Counted from the first letter of the whole stretch, positions 26,191 through 37,407 are shown. The stretch: DNA of 44,376 nt, filler included, from Jimgerdemannia flammicorona (GCA_003990765.1; 2 parts of 2 records of this genome joined end to end with filler, not necessarily neighbours in it), one strand, 5' to 3'. Made by a program: numbers and translations. Notes: generated from the sequence alone by a model not told the origin.

Positions 26191-27506
26191 CCAGCTATGA
26201 GCAATTGAAGAAGAAAAAGAAGGTCACTATTCAGGAAGAATATGCCAGCAGTGAAGAATCCACCACAGAAGAAGAGGAAGAATCTGAAGATAGAAATGAT
26301 CCCAGACTCAATCCCCAAATCAATCTGGTGGATGACAGACCGGAAGACAATGTGTGGGCCAAGAACACTATGCCCATCATCATTGGAGCCATTGCAGGAG
26401 AAGTCAAAGGATGCCCTACATGTCTCAAAAGACACAAGTGTCCTGAGCACTCCTCCAAGATCATAGGAACAAGGAAATCACCTGGCACAGCCTGCCCAGA
26501 GTACAGAAGGAAGAAGAAGAGATGCAGATATGTTCCAGAAACCCCTGCAACTGAAGCTGCAGAAGTACAAGCAATTTGGGGTCAAGAATCATCCGAGAAA
26601 GAAGAAACTTCAGACCAAGAAGTTCCTGAACAAGAAGCACCCGATGAAGAAGAAGTCCCCGAACTCATCCCCTGGGATGACCCTCACTGGACACCACCTG
26701 AAGACAATGACCCCTGGAATACAGAGGAAGGACCCAGTACCATCACCATTATCTCCAAGAAAGAAATCCACCAGGAGAAAGCTTTCCGGCTAAGGAGATG
26801 TCTACATCAAATGGTCTTCTACTCTCCCCGAGACTACTGTTATCAGTGTCACCTGTTGGACCAACAAGAAAGACAGAGACCCCAGAGACCGGAACCCCCA
26901 ACTACTCTTGCACAGTCTACCACCTTTCAAGAAGTCACCACAAGGTTACAAAGTTGATTTAGAGGACAAGACTTCTTTACCAAAACAGAAATATATCCCC
27001 TGTCTACCCTTCTACCCACCTATGATCAAGATGGGTACCAATTCCCAAGACAACAGGAAATAAACAGCCGGGAACACCATTTCCGAGTAATGGGATATTG
27101 CAACCATGGGAGACACCCTGACTGCTGAGACTGCCGACATCAGAAGATTTATCTCAGTCATGATGTTGCAGTGCACACCTTGAAGAAAGGAGACAACCGA
27201 GGTCAGATCCGAAAAAGCCAGATCCAAAAAAGCCAGACCAAGAAGTCAGAAAGAAGAACCCTCAAGATCTACGATTTGGGAGAAGACATCCTAGCTCTCA
27301 TCAGACATGCAACCCACCAAGGATGGGCAGAAGATGCCACCAACTTCATGGAAGCCCTTGACCCTATAGGAAGAAGGGGAATCAATTACCTCTGAGACCC
27401 CTCTACTGGAGCCAGATGGCCACACCTCAACCTCAGAGCTTGGAGGCTCTCTGCCAGTGGAGCTTCAGTCTTAGGAAAGCCCGAACTTAGCAAGGATATT
27501 GCCCAG

Positions 27507-27908
27507 TATGCCCTGCTGCACCCCAAGGCCAAACCCCCGACCAAAGCCCACCCAGAGGATGTAGGATATGATCTTCACAGCCTGGAGGATGAATCTATCA
27601 AGCCTGGAAAAACCTTCATGGTCAGAACTGAACTAGCCATGCAGCCACCTCAAGGAGCCTATATTCAACTGACCTCAAGGTCCGGACTTGCCAGACAAGG
27701 GATAACTGTAGAAGGAGGAACCATTGACCCTGGATATACAGGCGAAATCAAGGTCATCCTACACAACAGCAGTGCAGAATGGCACCGAATCATTAGAGGA
27801 CAGAAGATTGCCCAAGCAGTCTTCATGAAGGTCAAGACCCGACAGTTACAGGAGGTCCCTGAACTAACTGAAGGAACAAGGCAAGCCAAGGGATTTGGAA
27901 GTTCAGAT
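27507..27908 (+). pseudogene. dUTPase domain within the retrotransposon polyprotein
   Basis: All five trimeric dUTPase motifs in order with no internal stop: VGYDL, SRSGLA, GTIDPGYTGEIKV, KIAQAV, RQAKGFGSS. Confidence 0.93.
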
Positions 27909-28315
27909 AGAAAAGAGGTACATCTCCTTCAAGTCAACTACCTCAAGAGGAATGTTCCCCAGCAAGTATACCGGCAACCAGTCAGACTGCACAAGAATCT
28001 CATCCTGGAGCCCAGAGAACAAACTACCTTTCAAATATTTGCACCACCTGACCCCAGGAACCTTTTCTTCGAACCCAAGGTAGATATCTCACACCTGGAC
28101 ATAGAGGGACACATATTCCCTGATAAGATGAACCCAGTATACTCCCAAGCAACCAACCAAAGTTGGGAGACCATCATCTTGCCAAAAGGAACCATCATAG
28201 GACATCTGGTGCCTTTTATCAACCGAACTCATAGGGAAGTTTATGAACTAAACCTATCGGGAAATGGCAAAAGGTCCCAGAAGAAAGGAAAGGCCCCTCT
28301 GCGACCCAGGAGACA

Positions 28316-29731
28316 GTGAAGCCTTCCACCAACATTGGAGAAGAATTGACACCTCAACAACAGCAACAACTAGTAGAACTTCTCAACAAATATCAAGATA
28401 TCTTCACCACCAATTATGGCAACCTGCCATACAACCCATCATATTACCACAGCATAAATACAGGAAGTGCAACACCCATCCGGCAGAAACCCTATAGAAT
28501 ACCCCATCTTGAAAACATTCGAAAAAGAGCATATCCAAGAACTCTTAGACAATGAAGTCATCCGACCCTCTACCAGCCCCTGGCCAGCCCTATACTTATT
28601 GTACCAAAGAAAGGAGGATGGAGACTCTGTGTAGATTACAGAAAACTCAACTCAGTCACTAAAAAGGATGCTTATCCTTTGCCCAGAATCGATGACCTTT
28701 TGGATCAGTTACAAGATGCCAGATACTTCAGCAGTATGGACCTCTTCACAGGATTCCATGAGATCCCCATAGACCCCAAGGACATTCAAAAGACAGCCTT
28801 CCTTGCTCTAGGAAAACTGTTTGAATATCTCCGAATGCCCTTTGGACTCTGCAATGCACCCCCCACCTTCCAGAGGATGATGAATTCGGTCTATACTCCC
28901 TTGATCCACTACTGTCTGATTGTATACATGGATGATTCCAACATCTATTCAGCAAATTTCGAAGAACACCTGCACCACCTAGAGGAATTCTTCAAGCTCA
29001 CCCGCAAGAATCATTTGAGATTGAATGCAAAGAAATGCTACTTCGGAAAACAGAAACTTGAATTCTTAGGATTCATGGTTTCAAAAGAAGGAACTCATGC
29101 AGACCCAAAGAAAACTGAGAAGATCAACAATTGGCCAGTGCCCAAGACTCCAAAGGAAACACTATCATTCTTGATGCCAGTATCCTACTATATAAGGTTT
29201 ATCAAAGATTTTGACCAAATCACTGCCCCAATCCGAATCCTTCTCAAGAAAGGAGTGCCATTCAAATGGACAGAATTACAAGGAAAAGCCTTCAGAGAAC
29301 TCAAGAACCGCATGACTACAGCACCAATCCTTGTGCGCCCCAACCTACAGAAGCCATTCATCTTGTATACAGATGCTTCCAAAGATGGCCTAGGAGCAGT
29401 TCTAGCCCAAGAAGGACCTGACCAACAGCACCATGTTGTGATAACTTATGCAAGCAGAGCCACCAACCAGTAGCAGATGAACTATGGTAGCACCAAACTG
29501 GAATGCCTTGCAGTCATATGGGCGGTCACCCTGTTCAAGCATTACCTCATCGGAAAAAGATTCACCCTGATCACAGACCATGCAGCCCTCAACTGGCTAT
29601 TCAACTGCAAGGAACCTGCCGGAATCCTAGCCCGCTGGATCCTTATCCTTTAGGATTACAAAATCATCATCATCCACAAAGCAGGGAAAGCCCACAACAA
29701 TATTGATGTACTTTCTCACCAGCCCCAATGA
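28316..29731 (+). pseudogene. Reverse transcriptase - RNase H
   Basis: WRLCVDYRKLN, LPRIDDLLD, MPFGLCNAPPTFQR, YMDD, LYTDASKDGLGAVL and ITDHAAL. Frameshifts near 28520-28590 and TAG stops at 29471 and about 29651. Confidence 0.93.
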
Positions 29732-30807
29732 ATCAGAGGAAGGGTGTCCCGAGGAACCACACCCTAAAGGAAGCTCCTCAGACTATCAAAGAACAAGAAA
29801 ATCTCATCCAAAAAGAACATCAGAAAGCTTACCAAGGACAGACAAGCATAGAAGACAGGATTCGAAAACAATATCAACATTGGCCCTACCTCAGAACTCA
29901 AGTCCGGGACATCATCCAGAAATGTGACATCTGTCAGAAGTACCAAGGGAAGAAGAACTATCAAGCCCCTCTGCAACCAATTCCCCCACCCACTCACATC
30001 TTTCAAAGATGGGGAGTAGACGTAATTGGACCTCTACCAGTTACACCAAGAAGAAACAAATACATTCTTATATTTGTAGAACATCTGACCAAGTGGCCCG
30101 AGGCTTTCCCAATAGAAATCACAGACGCCTTAACCATTGTAGGCCTCCTCCACAGACTCACACTCAGATATGGACTCCCAGAAGAACTTATCTCTGACCG
30201 AGGCACAGAATTCATCAACAACATAATCATCAGTTATGCCTGAATTCACAAGATCCACCTCAAATGGACTACATCATACCACCCTCAGACCAATGGTATG
30301 ACAGAAAGGATGAACCAGACCATCAAGAAAGGACTTGCCTGAGTCAATCCTACCAATTGGGACCTCTGCTTACCTGAGATCCTATGGGAAATTTGGAATA
30401 CCCCTGCTACATCCACCAAACAAAAGCCATTCAAAATGATGTTTGCTAAGAAAACCAGAACTGCTGACCATGAGAATCTTGGAGACCTCCTCAAGAAGGC
30501 AGAACAGTTACGGAATCAAGCCCAAGGACAGATTATCAAAGCCCAGGAAAGGCAAAAGAAGTACTATAACCAAAAACAGAAGGATCAGAAGATCAAGATT
30601 GGAGATCAAGTCCTAGTTTGGAGAAGCATGATTGAGACAAACTTTGCCACCAAACTAGAACCGAAATAGGAAGGACCTTATCTTGTACAAAACATCAGAG
30701 GAACCAGCATCTATTTAAGAAGCATGGATGGATGAACCTTGAGAACACCAATACACATCAATCGCCTCAAGATATACCTCTTCTCACACCATGAACCAAA
30801 GAATTGA
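29728..30807 (+). pseudogene. Integrase (HHCC-like, DDE core, GPY motif; no chromodomain)
   Basis: H..Y..CDIC, WGVDVIGPLP, LISDRGTEF, YHPQTNGMTER and K*EGPY; stops at 30241, 30340, 30667 and 30733. Confidence 0.92.
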
Positions 30808-31303
30808 CAACTGCCTCCAAACTCTTGTCCTCAGTTCCCTCCAAGCCCTACCAGTTCCCATGCCTCAGTTCTAGGATCCCAATGGAACATATCTTCAGAA
30901 AATCTGTGTTCATCAAGAGAACCTCACTTTGGCCGAGAGGCTACTCCAGGTCCACCAGCTACAGGCATATTACGCAATTGGAGAACAATTGCAAAATCTT
31001 CCTCTCCCAGACCTAGCCTATATCCAAAACACCACTGGCCTGAACAGAAGGAACACCACTGCTGTAGACAGACTATATACAATATACAAACGAAATCCTT
31101 CCGCCTTAATCCAGGCTCAGTTTTCCCTGAATGACCTCCAGAGGATGACACTGCCCACCTACCTCAGCATCATTCACCAAGTAGAGATTCTATTTCCTGA
31201 GGAAGAAGAAGAGCCCCTGGAATGGAGTGACCGTAGCTCAGATGATGATGATGGAACAGGTATAGATGCAGAAGCCGCTTATGCCTATTGGGATGACAAC
31301 TGA
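30791..31303 (+). pseudogene. Additional retroelement ORF (ORF3), ~170 codons, unknown function, acidic C-terminus
   Basis: ATG at 30791 is in frame with the 30929 ORF, with one TAG at 30872. Similar to the ORF inside the solo LTR at 34714-35637. Confidence 0.7.
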
Positions 31304-31330
31304 AGAATAGTCTGGGACAGACTACCCTTC

Positions 31331-31342
31331 AGTGAGGGCTGA
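31331..31342 (+). promoter_or_regulatory. Weak polypurine tract (AGTGAGGGCTGA) before the 3' LTR
   Basis: Located immediately 5' of the 3' LTR; only moderately purine-rich. Confidence 0.4.
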
Positions 31343-32769
31343 TGTGATGGACCAGAATGTACCACCCGAATTATAACTTAGCCAGATGACGCGAACAATT
31401 AGCATACTTACTTAGCATGATGTGACTTCTAGTATATCATAGTTACTCATGCCCGCCACACTTATAATTAGCCAAGACACCAGATCAGGATTGTTTACCT
31501 GTGTCCTGAGGACACACTCATGTCCTGCGGACACACTCATGTCCTGCAGACACACTCATGTCCTGTGGACACACCTGTACCCAGAGGACACACCCAAACA
31601 TTACCAAAGATAGCAAATCTATACTTAGCCACATAGTAACCAGATAGTAACCAACTTGTATAAATTACCCCAGAGACAAAAGTGAATAAACCTCAGTCCG
31701 AATTGAAGTACAAACCAAAGAAGCCTCTAAAGATTGAGCAATTGGTCCCCTTATTCCCACTCCGGTCCACTTTCCAATACAAAGAAGAGTTTGTTACGTT
31801 TTTGGTTCGCTTGCCAGATAAGCCTGAAGATTTGCCGCCTAAGTTCAAGGAGAACTTCGCCGCCTTTTGAAAGAACCTGCCGCTTAAAGGAATAAGCCGC
31901 GCTATTGGTATGCTTGCCAGATAAGCCTGAAGAACCCTATCCTCCACCTTCCCAAGAAAGCCACCTTGCTCAAGCCAGTTTCTGACGCAACTTCGCAGTG
32001 ATCCGTTCACGCAAATGAAGCCAGTCTTTGACATAACTTTGCCAAGAGACCCTTTCCCAAAGAACGCCACCAGTTGTTCATATTCCTAGTAGAAGCCTGC
32101 CGATTCAGGAAGAATCCATGCCATCCCATTTCCCAGTTAGAGCCCGCCGATTCAGGAAGAATCCGCATCACCCACCATTTCTAAACTATCTGCCGTATTC
32201 CCAGTTGAAGCTGCCAATTTAGAAGAGTCCGCGCCATCCGAGTTAATTCCCAGTTAAGCCACCGTTTTCAAGAAGCCCGCCAAATCTGCATCGTCCGCCA
32301 CCTTCAAGTTATCTGCATTCCCAGTGAGCCCGGTATAGAAGAATCCGCGCCATATGATTCCCAGTGAGCCAAATCGAGTTATCTACCAAATTATCAAAAC
32401 ATCTGCATAAGGAACCCGCCGTGCTACACGGAGATCATCATGCTACACAAGATCATCATGCAGAAATCGCCCGCCACCCAAGAAGGAGAACCGCTAAATT
32501 GCCAGACCGTCACGTACAAGGAAATTGTCATGCTATACAGAAATTGTGCCATTCCCAGTTGACCCAAGAAGGAAAAGACATACAAATTGCCGCTACACCC
32601 AAGAACCTGTCCCAAAAAGGAAACCACTCACACAGTATCCAGATCTTGACTATTATACCGCTAAACACTAAGAACATTTTGTTGCTTTTAACAAAGTAAC
32701 TGGGGGCTCAAGCCAAACTACATCAACCCCCAACCTTGTAATTTGCCTCCATTGAGCCGGCATGTTACA
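31343..32769 (+). repeat. 3' LTR (1427 bp)
   Basis: Begins TGTGATGG, ends CATGTTACA; same length as the 5' LTR. Confidence 0.96.
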
Positions 32770-33448
32770 ATATCTAAAAGTGGTAGAGAGATTCCAACTA
32801 ATATGTATGTTTCATTATATTGAATTAAAACAACTTGAGAAATCGCCAGTATTCAAGTTAAAAAAATATGAATCTATGGTCAAGCATTCAAAAGATACAT
32901 CATGTATTGTTACCTGGAAGAAATTTATAAATAATGAGTAAACTAGTGATGTGTGTTTTATAGTTGAAAATAGATTCATATATACATACTCATTCTTGAT
33001 ATCCAATCGTTGTAACTATTATAATGCCATGTTTGCAAGTGGAATAATAGAGAAAATATCAAAATATAATCAAAAACAAGATATTGTAGTAAACGACTTC
33101 AAATATAACACAGTATTTTCAATATTGGAATTTTTATATACTGATCAGTTAGATGATATAGAATTTACTATAGATGATTGGAAAGATATATATAGAATTG
33201 CAGATAAATATAACATTATAAGTTTATGTATATTGGCTGAGAAACAATATAACCAATTATTTACAATTAATAATGTTGTAAAAGAATTATTTACATTTGC
33301 ATTTAATTATCCAGCACTCTGTGATATTTGTATAGATTATATAGAGATATATAAAATACATTTTAATATAATATTGATATTGGAATATATAAATTGTAGG
33401 CAATATTATAGTTTAATGATTCAGATTTATAAAATTATATTAAATTGA
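32770..33448 (+). pseudogene. BTB/POZ-domain protein (SPOP-like), split by the LTR element; upstream exon piece at 22287-22323
   Basis: TSDVCFIVENRFIY..FLISNRCNYYNAMF...VFSILEFLYTD...ADKYNIISLC. The frame is open from 32771 to a TAA at 32939 and joins 22288-22323 in frame across the TSD. Confidence 0.8.
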
Positions 33449-33530
33449 ATATTGTAATTTAATATTGAATTTTTTTTTAAATAAACAAAAAAAAAATAAA
33501 TACACTATTTGATTATATATATGTATATAT

Positions 33531-35843
33531 TGTGGCATGTAGTTTGTATCTCTAGTTGCTTCTTTCATGGCCCAATGTGTCACTTGGTGAAGCGCGCGAT
33601 AGATATGAGTGTGTTCGCAATGGTTACGGATTGATAGTCATGTGATCGGTGTGTTCGATTCATATGATAATTGATAGCAGGAGTTCGATTGTTCGTTGGC
33701 TCAATTGTTCAATGGCAAAGACAGCGATTATTTATAATACTGGTGGGTATCTTGACGGCAGACTTGAATTTAAAGCGGTCAATTTGAAGCAGGTGATGGT
33801 CTTGACTTTAAGCGGTTTGTGGTATAGTAGGGAATCGTTCGGGTCAACAGTTCAGTCGAATGTTCGTTCTTAACTTGAGGGTGGGTTCTGGCAGTCGTTC
33901 GTTTACTGGCGGTCTTGTTCTAGTATCCTTGGGTTCCTTGGCTGGGTTTCTGGGCCTTGAATCTCGAATGGCGGTCCGAATGGTGGTTGGTTCCAAATGC
34001 ATGATGGTTGGGTCGAATGTACAACGGTTGGGTCGAATGTACGATGGTTGGGCTGAATGTACGATAGTTGGGCTGGCGGGATCTCGGCGGTGGTTGGTGG
34101 TTTTTTGTATGGCTTTCCTTTAGCGGCGGGTCTTTAAACTGAATTTGAACGGCTTTTCGTGCGGCTTTCCTTAGCGGCGGGTCTTTAAACTGAACTGAAT
34201 GGCTTTTCGTGTGGCTTTCCTTAGCTGCGAATCTTGAACATTTTCTGTGGTAAGAGAAAATTCTTTAACTCGAACCTTGAGCGATCGTTGCTCTAGTTAT
34301 CTTGTTCTCAGAATTTATCCGGTCTCTTAGAGGCAGTGAGGTTTCTCTATAATTCTTTTTTACTTTTAAACACAAACTGACTGAGGTTTATTCACTCTAA
34401 GATATAGGGTTATTTATACAAATTTGCTAGCTATGGGGGGGGGCTAAGGTATATTACATTGTGGTGGTTTAATTGCTGAATATGGGTGCGACAATTGTTT
34501 GCACCGAATTGGGATAAGATGAGTGCTGGTGCTGAATATGGATGTTGTGGGTGGTATCGCTGAAAACAGGTGCGACAATTGTTTGTGCCGAATGGGGATA
34601 AGATGAGTGCTAGTGCTGGATATGGATGTTATGGGTGGTATTGCTGAAAACGGGTGTTGCTGACTTGCTGACAAATGTTGGCTGACCGGACTGAGGAAAC
34701 AGACATTGGATCACTAAATGGTAAAGTACCCTTCATCAGTAATCCAATCATCTTGCTGGGTTGTGACTTCTTCATCCCATTCTTCAAAGGGTGGGAGCGC
34801 TGACCAGGAGGTGAGGGGGTAGAATTGTGGCCAATCATCTTCGATGACATTCTCCAACCCTTGGACTGCTTGAAGGCAGACAGAGGATTGGTAGATTCTT
34901 TATTCCTCCTCTTCTTCTTCCTCAGATCCTTCAGTTTCTGTGTTGGTAGGGACTTCTGGGACTTCTTGATTTGGTTCCCAAATGATGAAGTGCGAATTGT
35001 AGCTGACAGGGTAGTGAGTAGTTGGGGTTGCTCCAACAGGTGTTGTAATAGTAATGGGTGGTCCTTCGAAGATTTCCATGAGACTCATTAGATGACCTTG
35101 ATGGTTGTCTTGGAGTAGAGTGGTGTGAAAGCCTGGTTGAGTGGGCTCAGTTTGTTGGCTTCCTATAGTGACCCGGTTACTACCAATAGAGTCGGCTACT
35201 TCTGATTCTATCCAGTCTGCATCTTCAGTTGAGAGATGAGCAAGACTTCCAGCAGTCACTCCTTGTAAGTGTGCTATAGCCCAGAGAATATGGCGGAAGA
35301 TTTGGTAGACACGGAGGGCTCTCTAGATTAGCCGGCTGGTGGTTAACATTTCGGCAATGAGGTCTTCCTGGTCACCTTCTTGGGTTTCATTATGAAGGTG
35401 GTGTCCAATTTTGTAATTATGCCAGAGGGTCATTCGTTCAGTGGTATCTTTGAGCTATTGGGTCATTATGTACTGATAATTGATGAAGTGTCTAAGATCC
35501 TCGGTGTAGAAGTTCAGATGTTCAGAGGTGTCTGGGCGCCAAATAGCCTTCTTGATAGCTTCAAAGATTAGAGTCTTTGGGCCAGGCAAGGGGGAAGAGC
35601 GGCGGGAGGTCTGGTTGGAGTGGCGGATAGGAGGCATTGTGTAGTGGGTACTTGTTCTTTGGTGCTGATTCCTGAGGCAGAGTATGGTTCTTTAAATAAT
35701 CTAGTCTTCCTTTTGGCTTGGATTATCATTGCTCCTTTTGGGGTGATCACCTAATGGGTCAGGCTGTCTATTTGATTGTCATGCCATTATGTTGTCTGAT
35801 CTTAGCAGTCACCGGTACTCCATTGTCAATTGCGTACATCACA
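33531..35843 (-). mobile_element. Solo LTR (2313 bp) of a related retrotransposon family, reverse orientation
   Basis: On the - strand it starts TGTGATG and ends CATGCCACA, and is flanked by ATAT on both sides. It shares the TATA/AATAAA block with the 1427-bp LTR. Internal 84-bp (34473-34656), ~50-bp (34111-34226) and 18-bp (34003-34075) tandem repeats. Confidence 0.8.
34714..35637 (-). pseudogene. ORF inside the solo LTR, probable homologue of retroelement ORF3
   Basis: Single frame with stops at 35455, 35323 and 34900: ...TLWHNYKIGHHLH...RALRVYQIFRHILWAIAHLQGVTAGSLAHLS... followed by an acidic Trp-rich tail. Confidence 0.6.
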
Positions 35844-36564
35844 ATATATATATAAATAACTTTACCAATGGTTTAAATTCTGAAATAAGTGTGTATATTT
35901 TCTTAATAACTTATATGATATTATAAATTTTCCAAGATATGTCAATCTATTATCATGTTATATATGTGCATTAATTGTCATCCAATCACATAAAATATAA
36001 TAATTGTGAATTCAAAAATTTTATACTTTGGGGTATGGGAGTATATATTATATGAGCATTTAATGCCATCTAATGATTTAAAGTATAATAATCATGAATT
36101 TAAGATTTTATACCTTGTAATAAGTATTGTAATTAGAGCGTACACGATTATATATTATGTACATGTCTATATTATCTATATAAAATTGTGAATTTAATAT
36201 TTTTATACTTTGATATATGTAGTATAATTAGTATACGAATTATGTATGCACATTTATTACTATCTAATAGCATAGTATTATGGTATAATTTTACTTATTA
36301 ATATGTGTCATACATATTATGTGAATAATCTGAACCTATATGTTTATATTTTACAATATATTTCAGTATTGATCACATGATGTAAATGTTTATATTTTAG
36401 ATATTGGAATTTATATTTTCTGTATTTACAATAGTTATCATATTTTACAAACTGCTGATAACAATCACATGATATATACTTTTACATTTTATATTTTGAA
36501 ATTTATATTTTCAATCTTTATGATGAAAACTGTTCTTGTATAAATCACATGATATAAATTTTAC

Positions 36565-37215
36565 CATCCAACCATTCAAAGCTTAAAAATCTTAAATTCA
36601 TAATTATTATACTTTGATGTAGACAATATGATTGGAGTGCACACAAATATATTTCATGTGCATATCAGTGACAGCCAATCGTTTGAAGCTTAAAAATCAT
36701 GAATTCACAATTATTATACTTTGAGATTGAATATATTATTGGTGCATAAATTACTCATATTATATGAGTGATTATTGCCAGCCAACCATTCAAAGCTTAA
36801 AAATCTTGAATTCACGATTATTATACTTTGATATGGAGAATATGATTGGAGTGTACACAAATATACTTTGTGTACATGTCTGTAACAACCAATCATTTAA
36901 AGCTTAAAAATCTTGAATTCATGATTATTATACTTTGAGATTGAACATATTATTGGTGCATAAATTGCTTATATATATTATATATATAGTTATTGCTATC
37001 CAATCATTCAAAGCTTAAAAATCTTGAATTCACAATTATTATACTTTAAACTATACACTATGTTTGGAGTACACACAAATATACCTCACGTGCATATCTG
37101 TGATAGCCAATCATTCAAAGCTTAAAAATCTTGAATTCAAGATTATTATACTTTGAATGATATACTATGATTGGTACATAAATTATATATGCGTATTTAT
37201 TGCCAGCCAATCACT
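36565..37215. repeat. AT-rich tandem array, ~6 units of ~107-110 bp with alternating A/B subtypes (~215-bp dimer)
   Basis: Core CAATCATTCAAAGCTTAAAAATCTTGAATTCACAATTATTATACTTTGA near 36570, 36678, 36785, 36891, 37001 and 37110; degenerate copies near 36006-36210. Confidence 0.9.
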
Positions 37216-37407
37216 CAATATCATAATGTACAGTTTGTAAAATAACACATATTATGGAAATTATATGTGAAACCTGAAATTAGATTATTTTTTTATCTTT
37301 ATAATAAATAATCATTACTTTTCAAAACCTTGCTAGTGGTCACATGATACAAATATATTTTTATTTCATAATTTAAACATTTTTACATTTGAAATTAGAA
37401 GTTATTT

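Larger units (their letters stand above)
22324..32769 (+). mobile_element. Full-length Ty3/Gypsy (Metaviridae) LTR retrotransposon, 10,446 bp, inactivated; carries dUTPase and an extra 3' ORF
   Basis: Two 1427-bp direct repeats with TG...CA ends. 4-bp TSD ATAT at 22320-22323 and 32770-32773. Domain order gag-PR-(dUTPase)-RT-RH-IN. Confidence 0.96.

Noticed and set aside
24318..27395. TGA recoding (Trp/Sec or readthrough) in the retroelement
   Set aside because: The stops fit CGA-to-TGA decay, TAG stops and frameshifts also occur, and host genes use TGA as stop.
30791..31303. ORF3 as an env gene
   Set aside because: Too short; no signal peptide, furin site or transmembrane anchor visible.
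36565..37215. CRISPR-like array of regularly spaced repeats
   Set aside because: The intervening segments are themselves repeated in alternation; this is a tandem array.
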